Assembly: GCF_000150275.1 (NCBI RefSeq)
Contig: NW_002060964.1
Coordinates: forward strand, 1-64,000
From: Trichoplax adhaerens
Lineage: Eukaryota; Animalia; Placozoa
Direction of reading: 5' to 3'
DNA: 64,000 bases
Both the position numbers and the translations under genes were made by a program. Under the pieces are notes generated by a model that was not told the origin of the DNA, made no database searches, and saw only the letters and a program-made list of their open reading frames with translations. This document shows, piece after piece, positions 39,501-53,182 of the stretch. How positions within the stretch are numbered: position 1 is the stretch's first letter; the number at the start of each line of letters is the position of its first letter.

Positions 39501-40879
39501 ACTTCTTGAGTTACATTGCAATCACGATCAATACTACCCTTCAAAATGAAAACAAATCGCAACGGCAAATAAATAGATTATGGCTATCGAGTGCTTCCAC
39601 TACGATCAAGCGCGCCTTTGATGCTATCATTGCAAGAATATCTTCATGAAATTAGTATTCATGACCCTGTACAGTTCAACACGTTTATTCTTTTATTTAC
39701 AAGACAATAGTCTTTCGCTTTGCCCTTCCTTCCAGAAGTGCTATGATTAATGTTAATATTTGATCTGTGTATTTTTCTATCTAATTAATAACGAGATCAT
39801 CATTCAATTGCTTTATGAAAATGATGGCGCTACCATCCCTGCTGCGCTCAATGAATAACTCATTGATGGTTAGCAATCACTTAAGTTACAATGAGAGGAG
39901 TGATTGAATTAAGTGAAAATAAATGCCAATTGAATACTCTACTTTTTCTTGACAGCCAAATCACTATTGTCTCTAGCTGAAAAAAATAAAAACTGCAACA
40001 AGACTGGTTTTGATTAAGATCTTCTCTACGAGTAGACGCAATCCTATGGCGCTCAAAAGGAACGATTTTATGGCCATTTCCCAAGCAAACGATTGATATA
40101 CAGCTCTACATAAAATTATATACAAATAATGCATGATAATCATGAATTGTTCATCACTTTTTAAATATCTCCACTCCTTCATCAAGACATCAACATTAGG
40201 TAAACAGCTGATAATTTGGACTTTATTCGAACGGACTATCCATCGAGCTAATAAGCTACACATGATGAAAACGTTTTCTCCTTCAATAACGCATGATTAG
40301 CTCATTAGTGAACACAATCAGTAAAATTGATCTTATTATGAAAATTATTCCATGCGTTATTCTACTCAAGTATTTGGCTAGGCATGATGATGACTCAATG
40401 TGATAATTGGTATCCAAAATAAACAATTTCAATTGCTAGAGTAGGGTAAATAACAACAGAAAGAAAACATCGGCGAGATGGATTACTTTCAGCGATGACT
40501 CGTGGCCATGTTGATTCAATATGAAATAAGTCCATTTTTTTCCCTACTATTCGTTAAATTAATTGTAGAATAGCGCCTTGGTTTGCATTAATAATGAGTC
40601 GGTAGACTAGGCCAATGTCTTTCAGATCATGTTTATATTGCCTATGGATGAATACCGCTAATTAGGCTTAGTATTTTTTAATATTTGGATTGATCCCACT
40701 ATTAAAATAAAAGAGGACTGAGAAAAAAACGTACAAAAATTGCTGCATTAAGGAAACTATAATGATATGATATGTTCAGTATTGTAGAAGTAAGTAATCA
40801 TAATTTAACAATTGTAGGTACACGTAAATTAGATGACTTTATAATATTTAATATTAATATATAGTGGTCTGTAACACGT

Positions 40880-41915
40880 AATATTTCAAGCTAAGAAGGT
40901 TTCGTCATTCGCTCTGGCCTTGACTAGAAGCTGTAAATGAATGAGTAAAGTCGAACATAGTGATTATGAAATCAATGCGGTTTTTAAAAGCAGCGATATA
41001 TCATTAAATTACTACGACAGGGATTAAGAAATTCAAAAACTGCTTACATATACTCGTATAAAGAAAAAGAGAATGCAAGCAAATAAGTTTTGGCACAGAT
41101 ACTAGCCCTCTTTTTCAAGTTTAATAGGGGTTCGCCAACTGCTATAGCTAGGATTAGAAACTGTGAATTGAGGAGCAGTTGAGAATAATAATTAGGAAAT
41201 CAACATGAGTTACTAAATGTGACATTAGATCAGTAAATTTAAAACAGGAATTGAGTGTTGCAATAATTGCTCAGACGGAGGAAATAATAATTAATAAGAG
41301 AATGCTAGTAAATCAGTTTGCGTGAATATAAACCACAAGGTGTTTGTTTCAAATTTAAATTTTCATAACCTGCTATGACTCGGGTTAGAAAATGTAGCGA
41401 TATGAGCAAAATAGGGGATAATAATTGAGAAATCATCACAGTTTTTGAAAGTTGCACCAGATCAGTAAAATCGCTACATCAGCGACTAATTAATATAAAA
41501 ATTACTTAGATGAAGAAGATGACAATCAACGAATAGAAGGGCATAAATTTTGGCATGGATACCAGCTCTCTATAGCAGGTTTAAATCAAAAAGGCTTCGC
41601 TATCTACCATAGCTAGGATTAGAAACTATGAATAAATAAGCAAAGTTAAGGGTAACTCTTAGAAAAATCAGTGCGGCTTTTTTATATTTCACTAGACCAG
41701 AAAAATTACTGCCATAGAAAGGAGTGACGCAAAAATTAATTAGATGAAGGAATTAGTGATCAGAGGATGGAATCAAACAGATTTTAGTATAAACGTTAAC
41801 TCTCTATTTCAAGTTTTATATGGGTTTCGTCGTCATCTGCAGTCGGTTTGGATTAGAAATGAGAAATCAGTGAGCTACGTCGAGGGTAATAATGACGAAA
41901 TTAGTGTGGCTTGAG
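40880..41915. repeat. Five degenerate tandem units of ~230 bp
   Basis: TTTCAAGTTTAA...TTCG...CT..GATTAGAAA.TG.GA...GAGC..AGT..AG..TAATAATT.G.AAATCA at ~40884, 41112, 41346, 41575 and 41806. Confidence 0.8.
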
Positions 41916-43014
41916 TGTAGAAAAGGCTAACTTTTCAATTTCATTCATAGTGTAGTAATTGGTAATTTAATATCGTCTAATAATGATGCTAAATATTTTA
42001 AATCTATTTAACTAGCTTAATCTATTAGCATTATGCTATAACATAATTTGTAGACAAAACAGTCATTTTTCCAATCACATAAGAAATGGCAATTTTTTTG
42101 ACTCCATTTAGCACTAAATCCGCAAATTTACTGCAGTTGATGAGAGTACAAACGGAGCCTATTTTGACTAATGTTTGAAATATTGCCACTAGTAATAGAC
42201 TCCGAAAAAGACCAAATTGGAAGTTTTTCCCGTCATGGTTCACTAAATGTGAACAATAAAAATAGTTTAAAATATACATACATTAGGTATTGAAAGGTTT
42301 ATAACAGAATTTCGCCCTGTAGCAATATTCCATCAATTATAATAGATTACTGATCGTTTAAAAAATCAAGTAAAATTGGCAGTGGTAGCTCTGAATTTTA
42401 TTCAGTATAATATATTGTGCAGTATATGTTCTCGTTCATTTGAACGAGAACTCAACTAGTAATAATAATGCACCTTTAGTATAAATTATCACTTTTAATA
42501 ATCTTACTCTATATTCCAAATATTACATGATGAAAAGTAGCCATTGCAATAAGCTTATTATTATCGATATCAAGAGTGATCAATATCATCTTAATAATGC
42601 TAGCTGACTATCCATCTTAAACGTTTCTTGAGGAAAGATAACTATTGCATTGCTTTGGTTGATATTGATAAAAGAAATGGCCAGCATTACTTATATCTTA
42701 ATCACGTAGATTTACCATAAAATTTCAACGTGACTTAATAAAGGTAGCCATTGCATAAAATACTTCTACACTAGATGGGACTTGAAATTGATTCTAATTA
42801 GTTTTAAAGAAAACTATCTAGCATCTAATATAGGTGCAGAGTGCTTCTCTAATAATTTTTCCTAACATGCTGAGATTTTTTACTTTTACTACCGTGGTAT
42901 CACATTCTCTCCATTGATTTAGTTATTCTTTCGGTAATTTTCACTTTTGACATACAACAGTTTAGATACAATTTTGAAATAAACCCGGCATTACGATCAA
43001 AAGTTACGAAACGA

Positions 43015-43570
43015 GAAGTTATACAATATTTAACAAGTAAGAGAAGTATTTGGATCGCTTGATTTTGGATCCATTTTGTCTTTATAGAATATACGTATGC
43101 TGTAGCATAACGTATAAAATGAGTTATTAATCAATCTCACTTTAACGTGTGCGTATTTTACAACTAAATCTCATCGAAAATAAATAAATAGGCTTAAAGT
43201 TATCCAATATTTTAATAAAGTACGAAAAACATTGCGACCGATTTGATTTCAGATATGTTTTATCTTATTGCAATATATGAAACATAAGGTGTAAGTTGCT
43301 TGGGATTCGGATGATTCTAGACTTAACCGTCCAGTTACTAGATGTAGATTACTAAATAGACTGGTATTGAAAACAAATGGATGCTCGAAATTATCCAATA
43401 TTTTAACAAAGTACGAACAGTATTACTACCGATCTGATTTTGGATATGCTTTGTCTTGTTATAACGTAGGTAACTAATATAAGGCGCATTGAGTTAGAAT
43501 AATTCTAGACTTAATAGTCCGGTCACTAGAGGTAGATCATTGAAATATACTGGTATTAAAACAAAAAGTT
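43015..43570. repeat. Three degenerate tandem units of ~185-190 bp
   Basis: AAGTTATCCAATATTTTAA.AAAGTACGAA...CCGAT.TGATTT..GATATG at ~43016, 43197 and 43388. Copies 2 and 3 share ATTCTAGACTTAA..GTCC.GT.ACTAGA.GTAGAT. Confidence 0.85.
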
Positions 43571-44923
43571 GTTGTACGGCACTACATGAAATAGAAGTAA
43601 TTTCTCAATTTTGACTTCAATTACTATCATTTAAAGATTCCACTGTATAATGCTCTCAGATGAAATCATAAATGACCATCTGGCAATGGTAGTTAGCTGG
43701 AAGAGAAACCACCTCGAAAATACCGCGGTATCTTTAAAACTGTCATACTGCTTTTAAGTTAGTATCTTGTCTACGCTGCATAAGATTGCAAGTACGATCT
43801 ATGAACTAGCAAATCTCTTGAGAGGGTTGAGCAAATGAGTAACTTCTAATCCTATTAGCTAATATGTATACATGACAGACAATAATCATTATTTTAATTA
43901 ATCTGTATTGATCTGCAATAGGTTCCAATACGACACCATATACGAATATCTTGGAACTAGTTAAGATTGCGTAAAAATATCTAATATTGAAGCGTTTCCA
44001 GGATTTAGGTTAGCATTAAATTATCGCGTCTGATCGTTGTAAATTATCTTCAGGTTAAGTGAAGGCTTAGTGTATTTTTTCCTTCCTACTGCTCAAAATA
44101 AACTCTATATGCTATAACAGAATTAACATTACGAAAATCTATATTTCACTTATTATTTAAATTAATCAAGCTTCTCAATCCACATATACCACGAAAGAAT
44201 TCGTGATAATTAGACTGCCTTACTCATTGAAAAACTGCAAGTATCTAACAAATTGTACAAGTCTATTCGTCGACTTTATAGGAGATTGATCTTTAAATTA
44301 ATGCGTGACTGAGTTGAATAGTTACAATAACCTAATTAAGAATATGACGTTAATAAATCTATTATACGTTCGTAAGATGGTTATGAATGACAGAACTTAT
44401 AATAGAATTGAAATCCTAATTAAAATTAATAAAAGTTCTCTTATCATCTATGGGCGGCTATGATTAAATTATACAAAAATATATAAGAAACGAAGGCAAT
44501 AAAATTTGTCGTATACATTATAAGATACAATAATCCTTTATTGATCTAGAAGAGCCACTCTACGCGTATATCTATCGCAGAAACTGATTTCCGATTCAAT
44601 TTAGAATAGATAGGAAATAAGATCACGTCTCGTATTATTTAAGTTGATAATATTGTACATTATTAAAAATATTTTTAATTATTAATAAATATCATTCAAT
44701 TTCTTTATTATAATTCTTTTATAGATTATCCTATTACAGGTTAATTTTTACTTTATAGGATTGACAGAACTCGATAATAAACGCGTTTTGACAATCAAGC
44801 ATTTAGTAGGATGATGGAGGATCATTGAAGATTGAACGCAATGATACAATATTAATGGATATTAAATAGAATATTAATCATTCTAGATGGTTACTAAATT
44901 TTGTAGATATTCGCAGTAGAAAT

Positions 44924-47900
44924 TTAAGAATTGGATGTAGGCGAAGGCGATCGTATGGCTGGTGAACGAGAACGAGAGCGAGAACGAGAATGCGATGATA
45001 ATCGTTTAGAAACTGAACCTGACCTATCACTACGACCTCGATCTGGAGGCGATAGGATATTTCTAATTTTATCTTCTTGTACCTTTTGCTTTAAATTTTC
45101 TGCCTTTTGTTGAAAGCGATCTCCTTCCTTTGCAGTATTTGCTCCCAGTACTAATTCACTGTAATATACATTCATTGGTGCAAAGTGAATCAATATTAAA
45201 ATTTTATCTGAATCAAATTTTATGATATAAATCCATATCAATTTTAAAGTATTCTATAGTGTTTCCTTCGTACCTAAAGTTAATTTCTCCATCACCATCC
45301 TTATCCAATTCATCTAATAATTGCTCAAGTTCTTCTTCTCGTAATGGCACATTTGTTCTCTATTAATAATATTTTAATATTATTTCATTATATTATGCTA
45401 TTTGACAAAGTGAAGAAAAAGGAATGACTACCAAGCTTGAACAAGTCCATGTATGGCACAAGTATTTCAGCTAATGTTAAAATTTTACTGCCATAAATTA
45501 GCAACTATTCCGTTATACTGTACATATACAATTGTGAAGAGTGCTAAACTATATCAGCAGTATAAGGTACATGATCCTATATCATAACTAGTGAATAAAG
45601 AATGCACATGTTGGATTACAGCCTTACCCTAATTCCAGTTCTAAATTCGTCTCTTGTAATACTCATACTTTTATCTTTATCGAGTGCAAAAAAGAAATCG
45701 ATTAATCTCATCTTCTGATCTGTAATATATTCACGAAGTATTTGCATAGGGCGTCGTTTAGGTTGGCCTTTTCTTCCTAACTGCGCACCACCACCGCCAT
45801 AGATAAATTTAAGATCTGGATGAGTTTCTTTCATGCTTTTCATTACTTCTTCGCAGTGCTCATCGACTTGAACATTCTATGGGATAACAAAATACATATG
45901 CTAAGAATAGACGTAAAAGATATATCGATAAATTCTATAAATAATTAATTTGTCTATTTAGGGTCAAAGTTGAAGCAATGCTATTCTATAGGTTATACTA
46001 ACAAATAATTGGATTTCTCGCAGAGCTGAGCCGAGGTTCATCTTTATAAAAGTTAATACTGGAAAACATTCAATTGGATTGTAACTGATCTGTAGATAGA
46101 GCATAAAATGAAATTTATCGAGTGAGCAATTCAGTAATTTTTCGTGTCATTCTATCTTACGATGACCGTAGAGATGCTATTGCATATTCACATTTAATTT
46201 ACGGATCGTTTACTATCATTAGAAAAATATCAAGGACTAACTTTTAGTATTTCTAAAGTCTCATTTACGGCTAATCCTTCTGCAAGTCCTACTATACCCG
46301 GTGTGAAGATTCGATTATTGCTATAATTATGATAATAAAAGAAATTTTCAACCCATTTATGACATTCTAAAGAATAGACAGTATACTATAGAATAGAACA
46401 TAAAATTGTATCTTTACCTTAGATCGAGTTCTAGCAACACGTTATTGTGTTTCAAGGCATCACCCATAGCAATTGCACCTTCGTCTGCAAATCCATTCCA
46501 CGATAAATCCAACTTCTTCAGTGATACATTATTCTAAAAATAACGAAACCGTCGAACAAAATAAGCGAAATCAATTTTCGTACACTAAAGTATTAATTAA
46601 AGCATACTACGAAAAAATATTAATAAAATTAGAGTTATCTAGTTTTCAAAATTAATGAAATTGCAAAGAACCTTTAAACTGACTGCAATAGCAATAGCGC
46701 CCGTTCTACGAAATGCGTTCCAACTTAGATCAAGATTTTCAATTGAAGAATTAAAACCAATAGCAGGCCCTAAAGTTGTTCCAGCCTTTTCATCAAATTT
46801 GTTTTTACTTAGATTGAATGTGATTAATCTTGTATTCGCCTTAAAAGTTCACAAAGATGATAGCTATTAAAATGCTGTTAAATTTAGTATCCAACATACA
46901 CTATATTCACTCTAATATTCGTAATCGATATTACTGGCAATGTATTATTGATACTACTAAGTAGCAGTAAAGCTTTAAGAATAATAAGGTAATAAGTCAA
47001 TGACGTGAAATAATAAAATCTAAAAGTATAAATTACCCTGAATGCATCAGCAAACTCTGAAGCAAGTTGCAGATCGAATTCGTTGTTGCTTATGTTAAGG
47101 TCTAATAAAGTCGCATTTTGTTGTAACATTTCTGCTATAGCTAATCCACTTTTATAACTTAAACGGTTACCAGCCATATTCTAGTTAAGCAAAAATAATT
47201 ACTCCGTTAAGCCTATCACGATGCTATTAGTGAAGCAGTATGAAAATTGCATGTGAATTAGCTAAAGGCTTACTTATTCTATACTTACTAAATGTGTTAA
47301 GTAGCAGTTTTCTTTCATCATCTCAGCAATTGCACAACCACCTTCATCTCCAATCCAATTGTCGGCGAGATTAACTTTAAGTATACTAGTGTTAGACTAT
47401 AGAATAGGGATCAAAGTAGTAATTTATTAGCTCGAATAAAAAAAGTAATCGAAACTTCATTTATAACTCTTGATTTATGATTCTATATTAATTGCGTATA
47501 TCTGATGACAAACCACTAGAGTTATGGCTATCGCCTTTGCTCCTGCAGCACCTAAGCCATGATGCTTTAGATCAACTTCTGTCAAGTGTAAATTTCTACT
47601 AAAGAAGGAGACTGGCGTCACTTTCATTAGACGGCATGCTTCAATATAAGTTTTTCTCCCTGTATCATCATAATTGCCTTTCGATTCTAGGTTTAAGGAA
47701 ATAAAAAACTTATTGGTGACTTAGCCAGTCAATATGATGGTAAACAAAATGTTAAGTAATTTTATCCTTGGACAGGAAATCCCCAAATTTAGATACTGTA
47801 TTGATCGTATTCATAGTGAAAAAAGGATCAGTGGCCGTGTTAATAAAGTTTTAGATTAATTGTTATGATTATGCTTCGACTTTTAAGCCCATAAAGACAT

Positions 47901-48521
47901 ACATTCGATTAAACCCGACATGTTACTAAAATTTGCTTCCTTACATAGGGCAAGTCTCATATTAATAATACCTTATACGAATATGCGCGATCATCTTTAT
48001 CAATAGACGTACCTTCTACTTCTAAATCAGTTTCCCATCCAGAATCATCGATATCAAGTGAATCGTCATCATCTTCTACAGCAAGATGGGCTTCAACATC
48101 GTGTTCGTCATCCGTGGATTCATTAAAATTCTGTTTCATTGAAAATACATCAAATACGTCAATAACACCACTTGTGTTTAATTACATTGAATGCCAATGA
48201 CAATTTATATTTTGAAGTACAGTACTAGTATCTTGAAAATATTCACTAACAACACTAATCATCGCTTTTTGCAGCATATTATAATAAGCGCAGTCAAAGT
48301 TACCAGCTAATTCAATAGCCTTTCGTTTTTCATGACTGAAAATGAGTTCAACGAATAATATTCCGAAAGACACGATAGGAAAATAATCAAACTATATCGT
48401 CAAGTTTCACTTTTTAAAAGTACACGCTCACTTTTGATTGCCGACCAGACGGGCTATCTTCTTCATTTGATATTTGTAAATGTGTAGTGCGAAAGCTATG
48501 TAGTGAAGATTTCGCCGACAT
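44924..48521 (-). CDS. LRRC74A: LRRC74-family RI-like leucine-rich-repeat protein with C-terminal EF-hand pair and RS-rich tail
   Basis: DSGWETDLE, YIEACRLMKVTPVSFF, VDLKHHGLGAAGAKAIAITLV, 28-aa LRRs (LDLSWNAFRRTGA), EF-hands DKDKSMSITRDEF and DKDGDGEINFSEL. A vs B paralog cannot be resolved; first exon ATG 48521 is inferred. Confidence 0.85.
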
Positions 48522-48554
48522 CTTGACACCAAGTAATTAATTATAACTGCTGTT

Positions 48555-48568
48555 GTTGTCATGGCAAC
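48555..48568. promoter_or_regulatory. RFX X-box
   Basis: GTTGTCATGGCAAC, a near-perfect palindromic X-box 34 bp upstream of the LRRC74 ATG. Confidence 0.8.
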
Positions 48569-49279
48569 AAAGGTCATTCGCATATGCACTGTTTATCAGG
48601 TTATTGGATTTATATGAAAGCGCAAGACTGGTTTAAATTAATTATCTTTTAATTCAACTTAAGTACGGAGGCGGTATGACTTATTATATTCCTGTCGATG
48701 CTAAAAACATGATAACGAAGACAGTTTTCACAAGAATACACGTACTGTATAATGCAACCATTATATCGTGTTGAGTAATTCAAGAAAGATATAATTAAAT
48801 ATTATTTTTATTGATTTAACAATGGTACCGCTACATAAATGGTCGATAGAACTGAAGACATCTTGTCTTGTACTAGTTTATTTGATCATTTGATCGTGTA
48901 ATATTATAATACAATAATACGATTATAGCAATTATTAATATCATTACTACGCCATAACAACTTTATACAAATGCAATATATCTCATGTAAAAAATGAAAT
49001 AGATAAATAAAAGTCTTACATTCATATTTCTATAGCTACTAGTAGTATTCACATATTAGATAAGATTATCTAGCGTGGACAAAACAAGAGTAGCAAATTT
49101 CGTACTCGCTATGACTTTATCTCTTCGATAGAGAAATGTGGTATAACTCTGCATAGTAGAACTATAAGAATCCTAAGAATAAAACTAAATAAAAATCAGT
49201 TCTATACATTTTATTCAACGTTATCCTCGACGATCATGAAGATACTGGGATCCACAAAAAATCCACGAAAGAAAGTCTA

Positions 49280-52000
49280 TTACACGTCTTCCTCGGAATC
49301 TGTATCCATTACTAAAATATCGCCGACCTATAAAATTCATTATAAAGTGGCTTTATTATCAATCATTTGACAGTAACTACTTTAAGAATTCAGAACGCGT
49401 AAACATATCATGCCTTATCGGTAGGATTCGGAATAGAGGTAACTGATCCAGCGTAGAATACAGATTTTATCTACAAAGTTAAAGACGATATGCAATATAG
49501 CAATACAATTATATTGTTATCAATTTACAACATTTTGCAATAAATGAGGTTCAGGCAATGTTCAGTTTACAACCTTTTTATGAGGTGGTGTTCCAGGGAT
49601 AAATGCATCACCATCGGAATCTACATCTTTTCATGGTCATAAGCACATTGCAAAAAATGTAAACGTAAAGATGTGGTAATAGTTTTGTCAGTTATAGATT
49701 ACATCATTAAGACTGGCTCACCTTCTTCTTCATTGCTTTTCTGAGTTATCTGAGCTAAGTGTGCAGATGAACTGATAAAGAATTAAGACATGAGTATTTT
49801 TCTAGTTTTTGAATTGTAAGGGTCTAGTGGAAAATTTAGTAGCCGGGTACGTCTCTTTTTACCGTTTATCCTGCGTCGCTGAATCATCTTCAAGATTTGA
49901 TTTTTCTAAGATAGAGTCTTCGATAATGTGACAATGGGAATCGTCTAGGTTGGTTGTCTATGATTTAAGATTAATAGTCCAAGCAATATAAATAATGTGT
50001 CGTTCATTGCCGTACAAAATCTGTACTGCTACCTACATTTTGATGAAAAGCATTGCTCCTTTGCGATGGGGTATCGGTATCAACTAAGCTAGCCAATACG
50101 AAATCAGCTGTAAATGTATTCTCTTTCGCGATATGAAACATGATTGGCCTACCGTGTATTACAAATCATTAGCTATAGCCTCTATTTACATCATTATCAG
50201 CATAGTAAGAACAAGAATTATCGCTATCTATTGCCTAGAAAAGTAACTCATACTTTCCAGCCGATTCAAAGTGCATGGAAATAGGCTGGCCGGTATATTC
50301 GCCAAAACTAACAATGGCCTTTTGGAATATTAAAATACATCGGTACGATTACGATAGTTATATTCGATATTAAAGATAACATTTATTTTAATTCATTGTA
50401 ATATATATGGAGATAATATCTCATCTAATACATCTCTTGCAAGATCTTACACGGAATTCTTTTAGGCAGAAAGTAATGTCACCTTCCGTCTTGACATCGT
50501 AAGATAAGAATTCATGGGTAGCCAGATTCATTTCTGTATATAGCATTTTAATTAATTCTACGCAGGGAAATAATTAGTAACAAAAATTTCACTGCTTGGA
50601 ACATACTTTCATAGCTCATTACTAATAACCAATGTAAAGGAATATAAAGTACCTGCTTGATCTTCAACATAGTTCTTAATGATAATATTTTCTTTCGTAG
50701 CAACAAGTGTAATTTCTTCTTGCGAAGCGTGGAAGTTACATATAGTATTGCTGAATATCCTTTTGTGATTAAGTCATAGTTAATCCGTTATTGAACTGAA
50801 ATACTCGCTAAAAATTTGTTGGATTTAACTATCAACTGGATTATCAATTCTTATATTTATGAATAGGTCATACTTGGGCAGCGAAACGATTGCATTCGGG
50901 CAGTCGTCTTTTGTAAACATTGCTTCCAAGCTTTCGCAATCTTGTAAAAGGAGATCGAAAGCTTTTCTTATTCCTAGGTACAGGTTAATAAAAGTTATGA
51001 AATAATATCAATCGTAGTGTTTAGTAATAAAAGTATTACACCGCAGTCCTATCTTGTAACTAACCGAAACGACATTCTAGTAAAAATTTTAGACGATTTT
51101 CATTTCCATCTAGAGTAATCGAGCAGCTGTTTACATTTTTATCCGTACTTGATGATCTGAAGATATTCAGGCAAGGCTATTTTCGTTGTACGGTCAACAA
51201 AGAAATCAACATGTCAGTTTTTATTACCGAATTGTCTTGTGTGCAGTGCTTCAGCATGACTAACGATATATTAATTTAGTGCATTTACCTTCATATTGAT
51301 TTTGCACTTTAAAATGCTGTCACTGCCACCAGAGTCTGATTCTCGAACGCGAAAAGTTGAAAAGAAGCGCGATTTGAATTCCATTCGGGAATAAGCGGAA
51401 CGGGATGAGTTTACTGTTCGTAAATCGATCTGCAAGAGATCATTGTTTGGTTTTACTCATTTTGCCACGGTACCACTATTATTGTCAAAGTATTTTTATA
51501 AATAAATAAATTTACATACGCCATTTTCATTAATCTGGACATAGAGTTCGTCTCCAACTTTAGATAGACATTGAATAGCTTTACCAAAAACTACATGATA
51601 AGAATTGCTCTTTAGATTACAGAACATTGTTAAAATCTGAGTATTGTACGTATGATTTATCTATCTTGCATACTGCGCGGGCTTTACTGCTCGCTCGCAC
51701 ACGTATTGAAGTCACTGATTGATCATTTGCATAATGACCGTAAAAATATTCCTGTGTAAGAAATGGGGTAACAGCTAACACTAATCTATGATAACTTACA
51801 TATCAGTAATACCGTATATAACAGAACTGTTGCTGCTGTTGTGCATCTAATTCATTCAATACCGTACTGTGCAAGTTGATTGATTATATATTGGACTAAG
51901 GCAGCACAATTTCGTGTTTGGGGGAAAGATAATATTTCTCACCCTTAACTGATTTTCCAGGGATAACCGCAATAGCGGAGAATGCCATAGTATTCGACAT
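49280..52000 (-). CDS. RAD9A: 9-1-1 checkpoint clamp subunit RAD9, multi-exon
   Basis: GKSVKVFGKAIQCLSKVGDELY, IDLRTVNSSRSAY, LKCKINMKPCLNIFRS, NFHASQEEITL, VTFCLKEFR, HFESAGK, FVLASL; acidic tail ILVMDTDSEEDV*. Confidence 0.93.
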
Positions 52001-52184
52001 TGTGCCTGCAGTTGGAGATATGAATGGGACAGCGATCAGTTTACTCAGATATCAATTACTGTACTTATCAGTGAAATAAAGTTCATTTTCACACACCTCT
52101 ACACAAATATCAACACAAGTAGTTGCTTCTTGGCCTTTTAATCCGTCTATTAAGAACGTCTCTACAAATTTACTCCACCATCAT

Positions 52185-52250
52185 GGTCGCCATATACGCC
52201 GAAAAACTTGCCAATCACTGTGGATTATATCTTTCAAGCCAGCCAATGTT
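52185..52250 (-). promoter_or_regulatory. Putative RAD9 promoter: two CCAAT boxes 32 bp apart plus E2F-like site
   Basis: CCAAT at 52211 and 52243; CGCCGAAAAA at ~52197 (TTTTTCGGCG on minus). Confidence 0.45.
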
Positions 52251-52284
52251 AGAAGTGGCTAGAATACAATTCGAGTCAGTGACT

Positions 52285-52875
52285 GAATTTGGTAGGCAAT
52301 GGCAGAATTTCAAGGGCAATCATTCACAGTGAAATGACCTAGAATAGAGTGGCAGTCTAAGCTTAACTATTGCTATAAAATATGCTAGAACTGAATGATA
52401 TCCTAAAGTAAGCTTGAATTGGTTATGAAATAAACTGGAATTGAATGAAGGTCTAACCTTGAATTTGTTACGAAATGAGCTGAATTGACTGGCAGTCTAT
52501 GCTTGAATTTGCGATGAAATGGGCACAGTGAAATGGCCGAGAATAAAATGATAGTCTGAAATTGAATTTTGCTATAAAATACGCTAGAATTGAATGACAA
52601 CCCAAGGTGAGTTTGAATTAGCTATGAAATTGACTGGAATTGAATGATAGTCTAACCTTGAATTGGCTACGAAATAGGCTGGATTGATTGGCAGTCTATG
52701 CTTGAACTTGTAGTGAAATGGACTGGAATGGAATGGCAATGAACTAGGCTGGAATTGAATGGCAGTCAGTACTTGAAATTGCAGTGAAATGGGCTGGATT
52801 GGAATAGCGGTCGATGCTTGAATTGGCTATGAAATGGACTGGAGTGGAATAGCAGTCTAAGCTTGAATTTGCGGC
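52285..52875. repeat. ~45-bp minisatellite, about 12-13 units
   Basis: Consensus approx. TTGAATTGGCTATGAAATGGACTGGAATTGAATGGCAGTCTAAGC; unit starts at ~52413, 52458, 52502, 52612, 52657, 52701, 52772, 52817 and 52862. Confidence 0.9.
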
Positions 52876-52997
52876 CAATGGCGATCACTGCCGGTCAAGC
52901 TGAAATGGAAAGTAAGAAGTTTGTGGTTACTATGGATATGAAATGACCGATCATGTTCGTTCTTGCATACCGCAACCTGAGGCTGCAAGGCAAACGA

Positions 52998-53150
52998 AAT
53001 ACAGTACAGTATAGTACCGGTACTGGTCTACTGTCTAGTGGTAGTTAATACCGTACAGTACAGCACTGTCATGGAGCTGCAGATATCGTACTGTACTGTA
53101 CACTGTACACTGTACAGTTCGTGGTTGGAGTACTGTACTGTACCAGTACT
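52998..53150. repeat. (TACAG)n then (CTGTA)n array upstream of CCDC86
   Basis: TACAGTACAGTATAGTAC...GTACAGTACAG...GTACTGTACTGTACACTGTACACTGTACAG...GTACTGTACTGTACCAGTACT. Confidence 0.9.
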
Positions 53151-53182
53151 TCAGCATTCAACGGATTGCTTTGACGTTCAAA

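Noticed and set aside
39881-40263. Overlapping minus-strand ORFs of 67 and 96 aa
   Set aside because: No recognisable motif or convincing splice structure.
50755-50764. ATATCCTTTT resembling a U12 AT-AC donor
   Set aside because: It is on the plus strand while RAD9 is on minus, where it is an ordinary AG acceptor.
52285-52875. Regularly spaced repeat resembling a CRISPR array
   Set aside because: Units are contiguous tandem copies without unique spacers, the context is eukaryotic, and there are no cas genes.
52926-52939. X-box-like GTTACTATGGATAT
   Set aside because: Imperfect right half-site and flanking genes (RAD9, CCDC86) are not ciliary; could be chance.
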